The notes beneath the pieces were generated by a model. It was given only the letters and a program-made list of their open reading frames with translations, ran no database searches and was not told where the DNA came from. The position numbers and the translations under genes were made by a program. This document shows positions 35,046-50,198 of a DNA stretch of 64,000 nt, piece by piece. Location: assembly GCF_009914755.1 (NCBI RefSeq), contig NC_060933.1. One strand, written 5' to 3'. Source of the DNA: the human T2T-CHM13v2.0 reference genome, Homo sapiens. Positions within the stretch are counted from its first letter, which is position 1; the number at the start of each line of letters is the position of its first letter.

Positions 35046-35115
35046 TGTGTATATGTGTGTGTGTGTGCGCGTGCGTGTGTATGTGTGTGTGCATGTGCGT
35101 GTATGTCTATGTGCG
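35046..35115. repeat. Imperfect (TG)/(RY)n tract
   Basis: About 65 bp of near-continuous purine-pyrimidine alternation. Confidence 0.85.
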
Positions 35116-35932
35116 AAGGGGAAGCTTGGCAGAGGGTGGCTATGGAGTGGAGGGGGCTGGAGAGGCCAGGCCTCCGTGTGGCCGGTCAATGCCTCAGGAG
35201 GTCAGCAGGTGGAGAAAGAGAGCCGTGTGTGGGGTCAAGGAGACCCTGGGGCTGTTCATTGGACAGCACTAATTCAATGCCTAAAAATAACCTCGGACCT
35301 GGTAGGGCACTTCAGAAATTTCCAGGCTCTTTCAGACCCCCCACAAACTCATTTCAGTCTCCAACATCTTGTGAGGAAGTTAATTCCATCCTTATTTTAC
35401 CACCAGGAGCACCAAGTTCTAGAGTAAATCTGTGAAGGGCTCACAGTTAGTTGGTGGTAGAGCTGAAACTGGAACTCTGGTCTCTCTGGCCATAGGTTCA
35501 GGGCCACCTCCTGTGGACCTACTGTGTGCTTAGCCCCGTGCAGGGCCTGGGCATGGAAACGGAGTGAAGGAGGCACTGGCTTTGCTGCCAACATGGCCTG
35601 TCTGCAGGGAAGAAGGCCACCTGAGAGAGAGGTTAGGAAGCACCAGGGCAACCACAGGAAGGAGGGGCGCTGAGATGGGAGCGAGGCCTTGGACAAGAAA
35701 GGATATCCAGAGCTAGAGAGGGTGGGGCTTGAGGGTGGAGGCCATTCAAACACAAAGCACTCTGGGTGAAGACAAGACAGTGGGGAGCGGGTTTTGGCCC
35801 AGCCCCACGCAGAGCCTTAAAGACGCAGCCATGGGCATCCCCTGCAGGGCCTGGCAGGCAGTCTGCCCAGGAGAGTCACATTTGTGGGACCCTGCTGCAG
35901 AGGACCTTCCCAAGGGACAGTCCCCTGTTTAG

Positions 35933-36244
<312 letters not shown>

Positions 36245-38157
36245 TCAGATGTCTTTTGGGGGTGGAACCAGGGCTGCACTGCAGAGGTCACCCCCCTACC
36301 CCTGGCCCTGTCACTCTCCATCCTCTTCCTCCTGGCCAGACCTCCTGCTCTGGCCTGCTTTTATTCTCCTTTTAGCATAAGATGGCAAAGTGACTGAGAA
36401 GAAGGAAACAATCAAAGGAAGAGAAGTGGTTGCCACGGAAACTATAAAGTGGAAGCAGAAACTTTCAGGAGCAGGAGGGAGGAGGGAAGCAGACCTGGTG
36501 GCTGGGTGGGAGGAGAGGCGGGAGGCCTGGCCTGGGCTAGCCTGGAGTGCCCCTACGCCCAGTTCTCGCTGCTCTCCCCAGCTGAGCAACGCTGGGATCT
36601 GTGCTCTCGGGAGCAGGAGGGCCGTCTGGTTTCTCCCAAGTCTGGGCAGGAGGTGGCTGGTACGAGAGTGAGGTAAGCAGCTTGGCCTGTGGGTGCATGG
36701 GGCTGAGGAGGAGCCCTGTCTTCTGCCCAGATCCCCACATTGTTCTGAACCGCCAGTCCCATGTCAGCCTGGAGGAGTCTTTGCATGTCTTTACACCACG
36801 TCTTGATTCCTCCGTTCTAACAAGCCAAAATGACACGGTGCAGGACTGGGCAGTTTACCAGGCAGCTTCCTGAGTGCAGTCTCATTCAAGTCTTGTGACA
36901 GTTCTGGGAGGATAGTATTCAGATTCTACAGAGTGGGGAGTTTGGGCCCAGAGAGGTTAGGGAACTTGCCCTAGGTCACAGAGCTGAGAACCCCCAGGGG
37001 TAGGATTTATCCCCTGGACTGTCAGATCCTAAAGCCTTGAGCTCTCTTTTCCTTCTGGACACTTTGTTTTGTAATGCAGGGCTCTGCATGAAGCCATGAG
37101 TTCTCTGTAGCCTCCAGCCCCTTCTCATCCTTCATTCCAGTAAGACTTTCCCCCAGGGAGCTGCTATTTGCTTCCTGGAGGAGCCTAGGGAAATTTAGTG
37201 TCTCTGAGGCTTGATTTCCCCATCTGCAAAATGGGCATAATAGCACCTTTTCCCTCTGAAGGCTTTTGTGAGGATGCAATGAGACAATTCAAGTCAAGCA
37301 CTGGGTGCAGTGCCTGGCACAGAGGATACCCTTGAACTCTCTGCTGGCTGAGCCTAGCAAGCACCCGTGGAGTGGGCAGGGCTGGGGCAACCTCCCTATA
37401 TTTCAGAGAAGCCACTTCGTCCGTGAAACGGTTCCGATGGGTTCCTGCCTTGCTCGGGGAATTGGAAAGGTAGATTGAGATCATGGCTGTGGAGCCTTGA
37501 AACCACTGAGTCTGGTGGGGGAAGAAGCAGGGTCTCCCCTGCTGTAAAACTGGCCACTAGAGCTCCAGTGGACATTGAGACGTCTCAGCCAATGGTCTCT
37601 CTGTTGGAGGAAGGGAGGGGAGAGGGATTGGGACCCTGCCCAGTTAGCCCCTGAGTAGGAGGCTCAGACCTGCTGAAGGTTTGGGTCTGAAATGACCCCT
37701 TGGAATTCCGCGTTGCCTGCCCCCGAATTGCAGCCAAGCTTTAGATTTCTCCCGGGAGAGGCCCAGCCAGTCAAATGTATTATTAAATGGCAGAGAGGCC
37801 GAGCGCTGCATGTGAAAGATAATGGGGGAATTTATATGATGGGCTATAAATCACAGAATGAGAAGCCCTGCAACCTGTGGGGAGGAAAATTAAGAAGTCC
37901 TGAGCAGTGACTTGTTTGGGGTGGGGGCGGAAGGCATTTGGCCCTGTTTTGCTGTGAGCCTGGCAGGTTCATGATGCACGAGGCCCAGGGGTCCGAGGGG
38001 CTCTGATGTGCACACTTCCTATGTACTCAATGGTGACACCCCCCTCCCCCCATTGGCAGCTGCTGTGTGACAATGCCAAGCTGGGCACTGGGTTATGACC
38101 TCAGGGAGAGCAGTGTGCCAGGAGAGACAGATGTGAGATGAATCATCAAAAAATATG

Positions 38158-38468
38158 CAGTCGGCCCTCCGAATCTATGGGTTCTGCATCTGTGGATTCA
38201 ACCAACCAAGGATTGAAGATAGAAAAAAATTGCATCTGTACTGAACATGTACAGACTTTTTCTTGTCATCATTACCTAAACAATACAACTATCTCCATAG
38301 CATTTACATTGTATTAGCTATAAGTATTCTAGAGATGATTTAAAGTATACAGGAGGGTATGCATATGCTATATTTTAATGTCAGGGACTTGAGCGTGCTT
38401 GGATTTTGGTATCTGATTGGATTTTGGTATCCTGGATCCAATACCCCTGGGATACCGAGAGACGCCTG
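38158..38468 (-). mobile_element. MER2 (TcMar-Tigger)
   Basis: cagtcggccctccg...gtggattcaaccaacc at one end and ggataccgagagacgcctg|ta at the other match MER2 termini. Confidence 0.8.
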
Positions 38469-39859
38469 TATGGCACTGCACAAAGCAGTGGGCTCCCTGG
38501 AGGAAAGGCGCAGGGAGCTCAGAGAGAGTGTTGCAGGAGGGCTGTGGAGGAGGCGGTGAATTGAGAGAGGGGAGTGGTGGTTTTTCTGGAAAGGAAGAGT
38601 GAATGCGAGTCAGCCAGGTGGCTCAAGAGAGCTGTGGCAGGGAAGGTGAGCCAGAAAGAGTGGCCAAAGGCCAGCAGGGCCAGGGCAGCTAGGGCAGGGG
38701 CTGTGTTTCAGATTTCACTCTGGCTGTTTTATGGAGAACCACACTGAGGAGGCAGCGGAGGATTTGGGGGGACAGTTCGGGGGGATGGAGGTCCCCAAAG
38801 GTAGAGATGGCGATGCCCTGGTTCTGGGAGATGTCAATGAAGGTGATGAGGTGGACAGCCTCAAGCTGGAATTTGGAGCTCTGAAGAGCCCATTTCACAG
38901 AGCAGGCTCCAAGTCTACAAAGCCAGCCCCATGTCCTGTATCCTAGGAGGTGGGAATCATGGGAGCAAAGACACAAAGGAAAGAAGCAGTGAAGGGCTGG
39001 GGGCCAGGGTGGTTGGGGAAGGGATAGGAGTAGGGTGTGGTAAGAGGGAAGATAGGAGTAGGGCTGGGGCCATATCCACTGACCACTATCCTAGGCTAGG
39101 ACTAGAGTCAAGGCTGTGTGGGATTGAATCCTGTCTCTGCCACTAATCAACTCTTGTGCCTGTAAAATGGGAGAGTAACAGGATTCACTGCTTTTGGTCA
39201 TTAGAAGGACTTGCTGAATTGACACTGCCTGACAAAGGGGAAGCACTGAATTGGGATTAAGTATGCACTGAGTGGCCTTGGGCAACTCTGCCCTCTCTGA
39301 GCTTTGCTTTCTTCTAGCAGGTCTCTGCAAACCCTCTAGGCCAAAGTCCTCTAATCTCCCTGTGCTAGCAGTGTGCAGCTCCCGAGGGTGGTCAGAGCAC
39401 AGCGGCAAGCTGGCTGTATTGCCTCAGATGGGACCGTGTCCCTCTCTGCCCTGTAAGGGGATACCATGCCTATCAGAGCTGTAAGGGGATATTTTAATCA
39501 GCCCAGGACCTGCTGAGGTCAGAGGGCATAGGGACCAGAACAAAGAATGCCAGTCACGGCTGCTGCCTGGCCCTAGATGACCTGCTGGGCCCCAGAATCC
39601 AGACCACATGGGGAGCCTGCGGAGGGAGGTGGAAGCTGGGGGCCTCACTGTGGGTCAGGCACTGTTCAAACTGGGTGTTCTCCATTTTGGGCCTCAGTTT
39701 GCCCATCTGTACCATGAGGTTTATAACCCCTCCCTGCCTGCAGCACATGGGGTGCTGAAAAAAAGGAACAGGCTGCAGTTTGGACAAAGCAGATTCAGGT
39801 CTTTATTGGGGGCTGTGGTCTCAAAGCCTGAGAGAGAGCAACAGGTGGGCGAGTGAGGC

Positions 39860-40050
39860 TCAGTGCGGCCCACGGATGACCTGCTTTGGAATCACCTGTG
39901 GGACCACTGCCCGCTGATGAAAAATGCAGACTCCTGGGCTGTTCCCCAGACTGGCTAACTTAGACTCTGCCCGGTGGGCCCAAGTGTCTGCACTTTAACC
40001 CACATCCCAGGGGACTGGAATGTCTCGAAGTCCAAGATCTGAAGTTCTGG
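39860..40050. mobile_element. MER5-like hAT remnant
   Basis: ggaatcacctg...aaaaatgcagactcctgggc...tctgcactttaac motif series. Confidence 0.55.
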
Positions 40051-40237
40051 GCATCCCCTTCCTTGCATCAGGGGAACAGGGGCCCAGAGGGCATGGGGTC
40101 GGCTGGCCCAAGTTGCTTAGGAGACTGGAATCCTATGCCATGCCACTCAGGGGTCCTTCCTGTGCATCGCCCCAGGAGCCCTGGGAGTCCTGGGTGATGC
40201 CTGGGGCAAGGGGTACTTTATCCTAGGGCTCCATAGC

Positions 40238-40252
40238 CCAGCAGGGGGCAGC
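40238..40252 (+). promoter_or_regulatory. Candidate CTCF site
   Basis: CCAGCAGGGGGCAGC fits the CTCF core CCRSYAGRKGGCRS without mismatch; motif evidence only. Confidence 0.45.
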
Positions 40253-41802
40253 GCAGATCAGCACCTGCTGAGGGCTCCCCGCTGCTGTGTGGGCCTGGGC
40301 TGGGTAGTGCGGATCTAGAAAGAGCTCACTGTTCCGGAGAGGTAGGTGTGGGCCTGGGTGGGAAGACGGGCCTGTGTGTGCATGGGAGCCTGTGTCAGGG
40401 GGGCGACAATGAGAGAGAGAGCACCAGGAGGACACAAGAAATGCGACATCAGAGAAAGCAGGCCCAGAACATTGTGAAACTTCCTTACAGCTTCCCGGGA
40501 CAGAGGCTGCAGGGGAAGAGGAGAGGGCATCTGTTGCCCAAGCTGCCTCCCTAGGACTGTCAGTGGGATTGGGGTGACTTCAGGCCTCCCCACCTCCCCC
40601 CACACCATGTCCTCTGGGCTTTTAAATGAGGATCAATCAGAGGTCAGCCCCTCCCCAAGTTCAGCATCAGAGTCAGGAGGGACTAGGGGCTGGGCTACAG
40701 GCTAAACTCCAGCCCCAACTCTCCAACTGGCCCTTCCTTACTTTGCCTGCTACAGCTTCCTCTGCTGCTGGGAACCTGTGGGCAGGCCTACGGCGTGGGG
40801 TGGGGCCAGTCCTGAGCCTCTGGACCTCTGACTTGAGAGTGGGCTGACCACTAGATCTCTTGAGGCCTTCTGCAGTTCCCAGTTGTGGGAAGGCAGCTTC
40901 ACTTTCATACTTTCTCAGGGCAATGGGGGGCTGGTTTGGTAGTGAGCTCCCTGTCACCAAAGGTATGCTAGACAAGACTAGGTGAATTTTTCTTCCTCTT
41001 AAGCCTTTGGTGACAGGCTAAAGGGTGGGTCCTGGGCCATCCCCTCTTTATACCCCATCTGTCTGTTAATCATTAATTGCCAAGAGAGCTCCTCCTGGGA
41101 TGGGGTGACTCCTTGGCTATGGGGGATGCTGATATCCAGGATGACCTTGAACTTGTTTTTCTTGGCCCCAAACTTTCTGCTACTTCCTGTTTGAGCAGGT
41201 GCAGAAATTATAGGGGCCCAACCCTTCCTTGTTTTCCTGGTAGAATTTCCAGACAAAATGCTCTTCCCAGGATGGGGGCAGAGCTGGGATTGTTCTCACT
41301 CCCAAGGGGATTTGAGGAATGAGGATGGCAGAAGCTCCATTTAATTCCCACCTACCTGGTCTTAGGATGCTAGCTATGGGCTAGGTGGGATCCTCAGGAA
41401 AGGCCAGTAAATGTGAGAACCGTGGCTCTGGCAGTGCTTGCCTCTCCTCTAACACCAGCTATGGCTCCCATTTATGTTCCAGATTGGACACAGAGGCTCT
41501 GAGTGTCAATACCCAATGGCCTTGAACACCCACCCAGGCCAACCCCATTTTGTAGGAGGGGAGGCTGGGGCTGTGAGCCAGAGGAGCCTTGTTCAAAGGC
41601 ACACAGCAAAGTGAAGGCATTTATTCATCCATTCATTCATTCACCGAGTGCAATCTCTGTGCCAGTTCCTTCACGGTCAGGATTTGCACCCTGGCCTGCT
41701 GACCATCCTCAGCTGCCACTCAAAAATAAACTTTCCAGCCTGCCATCCATGTGTCACACCAGGCCTCAAGAGGTAGGTCACTTGTTCCTGGTCCCACAGC
41801 CA

Positions 41803-42668
<866 letters not shown>

Positions 42669-42739
42669 CTTCTTTTCTATTAAAAAAAAAAAAAAAAAAA
42701 AGAACAGGGGCTTTGAGCCCAGCTCCCTTCATGCACCTC

Positions 42740-43130
42740 GTTCATCACACATTTATTGAGTGCTATTCTATGCACTGGGCATATGGCTGTGAACTGGACT
42801 CACAAGGTTCCTGTCCTCATTAAAGTCTGGGGAAACAAATTAATGAACATCTGAATACACAGATTAGATAGTTTCAGGAAGCGCTATGTGGAAGAAAATA
42901 AAACAGGGCAATGGGATATCATGGAGAGATTGGGGCAAAGGCACTTGAGATAAGGGGTCCAGGGAAGGTCTCTGAGGGTGTGATATTTGAGCTGAGGCCT
43001 GAATGACAGGAAGGAGCTGTCCATCTGAAGATCTGGGGTTTGTGGGAATGAGGCAGCAGGAACTGGAGATGCAAACGCCCTGAGGTGGGACCACGTTTGG
43101 CACATTCAGAGATTGAAAAGTTATCAAGCT
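42740..43130 (-). mobile_element. L2 fragment
   Basis: catttattgagtgct...cagggaaggtctctgaggg..atatttgagctgaggcctgaatga, typical of an L2 3' region in reverse. Confidence 0.7.
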
Positions 43131-43950
43131 GAGTCCAGAACTATCTTAGCCAGTGGCTCCTCAAGAAAGCCACTAGAAAGCTCTTTTAAGAATATAGATT
43201 CCTTGGCCCTACCCATCAAAATCTGGATTCAGGGATGCTGGGAGTGGGGCCCTGGAATCTGTTTCTGAATGCTCCCAATGTAGTTAATGGCATCCAGTCC
43301 AGCCCCACACCTGTAAGCCTGCCATATGGAGCCATCCCCTTCTTTCATTTTTTGCAGAGGGAGGATCAGAGAGGCACCGTGACTTATTCAAGGTTGCACA
43401 GCCACACAGTGACAAATCTAAGCCTCAAGCCCAGATCTCCCACCAGAGTTCTGCCCTTACCACTTCTCTTCTTCCCCTCTGGAGAAGCTGCCTGGGCCTC
43501 ACCCCAACTTGGTTCTATCTCCCTGTCTATTCTCCCTGATCTCACCCCTCACATAGCCTGCTCCCCAGTCCTCACTGTATCCTCTGCTCCAGCCTCACCA
43601 TCCTACCCACTGTCTCCAGTACATGCTTTGTTCATTTCCACCTCTGGGGCTTTTCTCATGCTGTCTCTCCCTCCAAGAATATACTTTTCTGCTCGCTATG
43701 CAGTCAACTCCTACTCAGCCGTCTAGCTCCATGCCAGTGTCTCCTCCTCCAGGCAGTCTTCCAGGACTTCTCTCTTCTCCAAATTCTCTCAGTGCTGACT
43801 CCAGGTCAGATAGGCTCAGCCACTTTTTTCGAATGTTGCCATCATCTCTCCCACTGTTGCTAAGAGCCTGCTCTGGGCTGGGAGCTGTACTGATCAGCTC
43901 TGGACTGTCCTCTCAACCAATCCACAAATTAGTGAGAAAAGAAATAGCCA

Positions 43951-44745
<795 letters not shown>

Positions 44746-47700
44746 TCAGTTTATACGCAAGGCTTTGATCCACTATGTTATTTGACTCTTCCACAACCTC
44801 ACAAAATATTCATATACCCCTTTATACCTTAGGAAATGGAGGCACAGAGAGGTGAGGCAGTGATCTGGGGTCACACAGTGAAGAGGGGAAGGCTCATCAC
44901 TCCAAATCCCCCACCTGAATGGGGGCTTCCTAGGAGCTGACTACAGGGCCCGTTCAGCTGTCCTCCTCTGTGGTCTCTGCAGGAGTTGAGCAAGGCCCTC
45001 CCCTGGAACCCAGGCCAGTGCCAGCCATGAAATGGTTCACAGATGACCAGGCAGGCCTGCTTGAGAAGGGAGGGGGCTCCCTGACCTCACACTGGGACCA
45101 TATGCCACCCCCTCTGGTTTCCCAGTGGGTGCGGAGCTGTCTGGGCCCTTACTGAAGGGGGAGGAAGAAGCCCAGAGACCTGGAACCTCAGCCCCAGGCC
45201 TGGGCCAGGGAGAAAGGAGGGGCTGTGGGCGTCACTGGGGCCCAGGGCCCACCTGGAGCTTGGCAGCGTTTCTGGGTCAGGGCAGGGAGAGGAAGTACAC
45301 AGAGAGAGTGGCTCCAGGCTTGGCCATCTGGGCTGAAATGCCGGCTGCTAGGGTTGGGGTGAGGAAGGAGGGCTGGGGCTGGGGCCTGGAGAGTGGATTA
45401 GTCTCCCCTGGGCCACAGGATTGGAGCCCTCAACTTCAGGGCAGCCAGTATGGAGGGGAAGCCCAGGGCTCCTGTGGGCAGAAGGCAGCAGGCATTCTGG
45501 GAGAGGTGGTCCAGGCTCTCGACGGAGAGAGGTGGTCTTGGCGGCTGTATTTGGGTTCCAAGGTGGAACCCACCCTAATCCCCAGCCCCATGTGACCTTG
45601 GGTGAGTCGCTCCCTCCCTTGGTCTCACTTCCCCATCTTCAGGAAGGGATGCTGCCCCACCCTGACTGCTCTGTGCTGGGATGAGAGAGCCAACCAGACC
45701 CTCAGTGATTGCAGAGTTGATGCCAGATCCCAGTTTGCCATGGGTTAGGGAGGGTCCTCTGGGTAAGCAGCTGATTTTGAGGGCCTCAGCTTCCCCCGTT
45801 CATCAGTTTCTCTCAAGGTTCCTTCTACCTCGGACATTCCGGGGCTTTATGACAGGCTGTCGACGTGTACGAGGGAGACGTGCATGTCCTCTTCTCTGGG
45901 CTTCTGGAGGACTGGAGGGGACCTGTAGGTGGCCCTTTGGGGAATGGGGAGATTTTTAGATCCTGATGGAATCTCTGGGAGGTGAGCTGAACAGAGCTGT
46001 CTCATCTCCATTTAACACGTGGAAACCTGAGACCCAGAGGTATCACACGGTGACCCCCTCTTAGAGTTCCGGCCTGTCCCGAGGGCTCTGCCCTCGGCCC
46101 AGCCCTGGGTGACTTGATTGGAAAAACACTCACACTCCCCGAGGCTCTGTCTCTGTGTGTTCAAATGTCCACGCTTGACTGGTCCCCCACTTCCGCCTGT
46201 GTTGAGAGGGGCAGAGCCATCCAAGCCTGGGGTCATCTTGTCCCTGACTGCACCGTTTTCTGCAAACGATGTCATTAAATATATCGGTGGCTTTTGGGAG
46301 GAAGTCTGGGGGGCGGTGGCAGTGGTGGTCGCCTGGCTAGCCTGGAGTGCTTTAGTGTGACCTCTTGGGGCTTGTCTATGCTTTTCCCTGAATGGGGTGA
46401 CCTGGCCCCAGCCTCCCCCATCTTCCTAGTGAAGATCCTGCTCCTGGTCCAGCCTTATTCCCGGATGAACAGTGGATGCAGGAAGTCGTCATTGCCTGCC
46501 AGACAGGCCACCTCCTGGGGCAGAGGCCATGACCTTAACCACAAGTGTCCCGCCACCCCCCCCACCCCGACCCTCTGTCCCCCCCACCCCCACCCCTGCC
46601 CAGAGCTCCAGAGACTGAAAGGTTGAGACTGTCCTGGGAGGCGGATGTGTGCAGGCCTGCCTGGCTGGGGACTTCCCCGGTCACCACCACCCACCCTCAT
46701 CCCAACAGGAAACCTGACAGGTCTGAGCCTTCCAGACACCCATTGTGTGGGGCCTAGTGTGGGCTCCGATGCTTCCCCTGTCAGGACTCCTGTCGCCCCT
46801 AGCCTCCTCCTGTCCCTTGACAAAGCTGGCTATTAAAGAAAGTTCTAGACTGTTTCCACTCCCCCGTCTCTGCATTCCGTACTGCTCAACCTTATGATCG
46901 TTGCTCCTTTCAGCCCCCTGGGTTCAAATCCTGCCTCCTAGTGCAAGCCCTGTGACTTTAGGGAACTCACCTACCCTCTCTCTGCCTCTTGACATTTCTT
47001 CTGGAAAAAGAAATAACCATCTGCCTCCTAGGATTATTCTGAAATTAAATGAGATGATGTGGGTAGAATGCTGAGAACAGGATCTGGGACAGTGCATGCT
47101 AGATGCAGTTCAGCTACCATGATTAGGATTAAACCCAAACTCCACCCTCAAACAAACCTCTTGAGGTCAAACTTGTAACCCTCCTCTGTTAAGAAGCCTT
47201 GGGTTTCTGTGGTGCCCCACGCATGAGCATCTCCCCTTCCCTGGGGGAGGCTGGTGTTTGAAGATAACTGGTTGTGGTTGCTGTTATCATCCCCCCTGTA
47301 CAGAATGGCCCATCAATGAAGGCTGTGCTCTTCTGTTTTGTGCTTAGCTGCAGAAATGGGTGATCTGTCTTAAGATTGGAGGAAACACTATGCTTTATGG
47401 GCAATTTAAGGCTTTTCAAAGGTAATTTTGGCAATATGCTTTTTTTTCTCTCTTTTCTCACTGACTTCAACCCTGACACCGCAGAGGGACTCAAGACTGC
47501 CTTGGGCTAGCCTCCCTCCCCTGCATCTGGTGCCCCTGCTGACCCACCCTGGCCTGGCCCATGATGTACCTGGACTTTCAGCCCAGCTCTGATGCTACCC
47601 ACTGCTTCTTTTCCAGCAGGGATGCTGATGGTTTTCTGCCTAGAGGGGAATTTTTTGGGTCCATCCCTCCCTGGTCTTCACAAGTAGCCTCCTGTGTCCC

Positions 47701-47794
47701 CATTATTCAAACTGACTAGTGGGGTATACCAGGAGCCAGGAGGGGGGTGTCTCTCCTTGGAGTCAGAGTAGACTTTTTTAAGGAGGGGGTGCTT

Positions 47795-48350
47795 CAATTT
47801 GCAATTGCAAAAATGTATATATACACACACATATATATACATAAACACACATATATACGTATATATACCCATATATACACATATATATACATACATATAC
47901 ATATATATTATATATATACATACATATACGTATTATATATATATACGGGTATATATGTATATATATGATGGAATACTACTCCGCCATACAAAGGAATGAA
48001 TTAATGGCATTCCCAGAAACCTGGATGGGAATTGGAGAATATTATTCTAAGTGAAGTAACTCAGGAAAGGAAAACCAAACATCATATATTCTCACTCATA
48101 AGTGGGAGCTAAGCTATGAGGATGCAAAGGCAGAAAAATGACACAATGGACTTTGGGGACTCAGGGAACGGGTGGAAAGGGGGTGAAGGATAAAAGACTA
48201 CAAATTGGGTTTAGTGTATCCCAAGTTACTGCTCGGGATATGGGTGCACCAAAATCTCACAAATCACCACTGAAGAACTTACTCATGTAACCAAATGCCA
48301 ACTGTTCCCCAAAAACCTATGGAAATAAAAAATTTAAAAAATAAAAAACT
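47795..48350 (+). mobile_element. L1PB-like 3' end with internal (TA/CA)n expansion (47816-47966)
   Basis: gatggaatactact...ctaagtgaagtaactcagga...ctcataagtgggagctaagctatgaggatgcaaagg...cccaaaaacctatggaaataaa; TSD gaggg(g/a)tgctt at 47783 and 48351. Confidence 0.88.
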
Positions 48351-49956
48351 GAGGGGATGCTTGAGCTGGGTCCTGAAGGGTAAGCAGGAATGCACCAGGT
48401 GGGTGCAGAGGGAAGACCTTGGTGGCAGCGGTCCAGGTCCCACCAACAGGGCGAAGACTGGTGGTGGGAAAGAGTGTCTGGAGGATGACCAAGGGGGCTG
48501 AAATGGGTTGGGGTGCAAGCGGGAGGTGGTCGCTTTTTGACACAGCTTGGTCTCTGAGAGTTCGCCTTGGGAGGCTTTTGAGGGGAGGGTAAAGGTGCTG
48601 GTGGTGGGGTTAGGTCAGATCTGATTTAGCCAGTCCTAGTACCCACACCCCTACTTACTAAACTTGCATGTTTCCAGGCCCCATCCAGACCCACTGAATT
48701 GAGCGTCTTGAGGGAAACTCAGAAATATGCCTGTTCACTGAGTGAAGGTGATTTGGGGGCTGCAGCCCTGTCCCCGCTAAAGCAGCACATGGGAGAGGTG
48801 GGAGCTGGGCCTATTCAGGAGCCCCTCTGGAGGTGGGAGAATAAGACCAGACCTTTAGCCCTGTAGGTACTGAGGCTCTCATGTTGGCAGGGCTGGAAAG
48901 TCCGATCTGTTGGTCTGTCACAGGAAGCAGTGGTAGCAATGGTGGTGGTGGGCACTGGAAGCAGGGCTTCTCCTGTTCAGAGAGAGAAAGCCACAGGGGC
49001 GCCGGCGGGAGGTGGGAGCAGATGGGGGGCCAGTTTCCCAGCAGGATTGATTCCAGGTCCCCTGCTGGGCTGTACAGGGAGCGGCCTTTAACTGCCCTGT
49101 TCCTGGGCCAGGAAGAAGGAAAAGGAGCCTGGGCTCTTTCTCTCCTAGCTCCTGCCCTGCCCCCTTCCCACTCAGTACCCGGAGAGTACCTGCCCCAGGC
49201 CCGTGGAGATGCTCGGCTCAGCTGGTTGGCGATGCCCATTCCCATCCCAAGGGTAGAAATGCACAAGCTTCCTCCATTTCACTAGCTGACCCTCCTTCCT
49301 CCACAAGGCAGATGGATTGGGGGTCCATACGTTCTCCCTATAGGTAGGGAAACTAAGGCACAGAGAAGGACTTGAAAAGCTGAAGTGGGGAGACCATGCC
49401 AGACCTTTGGAGCCCAGCTGTGCTTACAGATGAGGTCCTGAGTTCCAAGTTACTGCCCCCTCTCCCCTCCACACACACTCCTCAGACTTCCTGTTGGGGG
49501 CCCAGGCTAAGACCACTTGCCCACACCACTGATAACAGTGAGTTGATTGTGAGCCTCCCGTCCCCTCCAGGGAGGGCTGGAACCTGGCTGATCAGAGGGT
49601 TCCTGCTTTGGGAAACAAAATGGGCCAGATGAACTCAGGCCCTGGGAGCAGGACCGTTGCCCCCGTCCTGAGTAGGACTTCCTGGGAGTCCCTCACCCCC
49701 AGAACCCGTGGACCTGGCTACGGAGGTTAGTCATGCCTGGAAGTGCCAAGATGTGGACAGGTGGTGCTCAGAACCCCACCTACGTGAGGAGGCACTGAAC
49801 TGGGTTCTGGCAGTTTGGCCAGAGGAGGATGCATGCTAACAAGGCCCCCAGCTTGCCTGGGGACTGAGTGACTGTGTGTGCGCTCTGTCCAGGGGCTTCT
49901 TTTTAGAGACGTTCCTGCACCATGTCTGCTGTTGAAAGGAGATAGGGCAATGCCTC

Positions 49957-50198
49957 CAAGCTTGTCTGACCTGCAGCCTACCGGCTGCATGTGGCCCAGG
50001 ATGGCTTTGAATGCTGCCCAACACAAATTCATAAACTTTCTTAAAGCATGATGAGGTTTTTTTGTGTGTGTGGTTTTTTTGTTTGTTTGTTTGTTTTAGC
50101 TCATCAGCTATGGTTAGTGTGAGTATATTTTATGTGTGGCCTGACAATTCTTCTTCTTCCAGTGTGGCCCAGGGAAGCCAAAAGATTGGGCACCCCTG
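49957..50198 (-). mobile_element. MER30 (hAT-Charlie)
   Basis: Ends gtggcccagggaagccaaaagattgggcacccctg; internal gcccaacacaaattcataaactttcttaaa. Confidence 0.85.
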
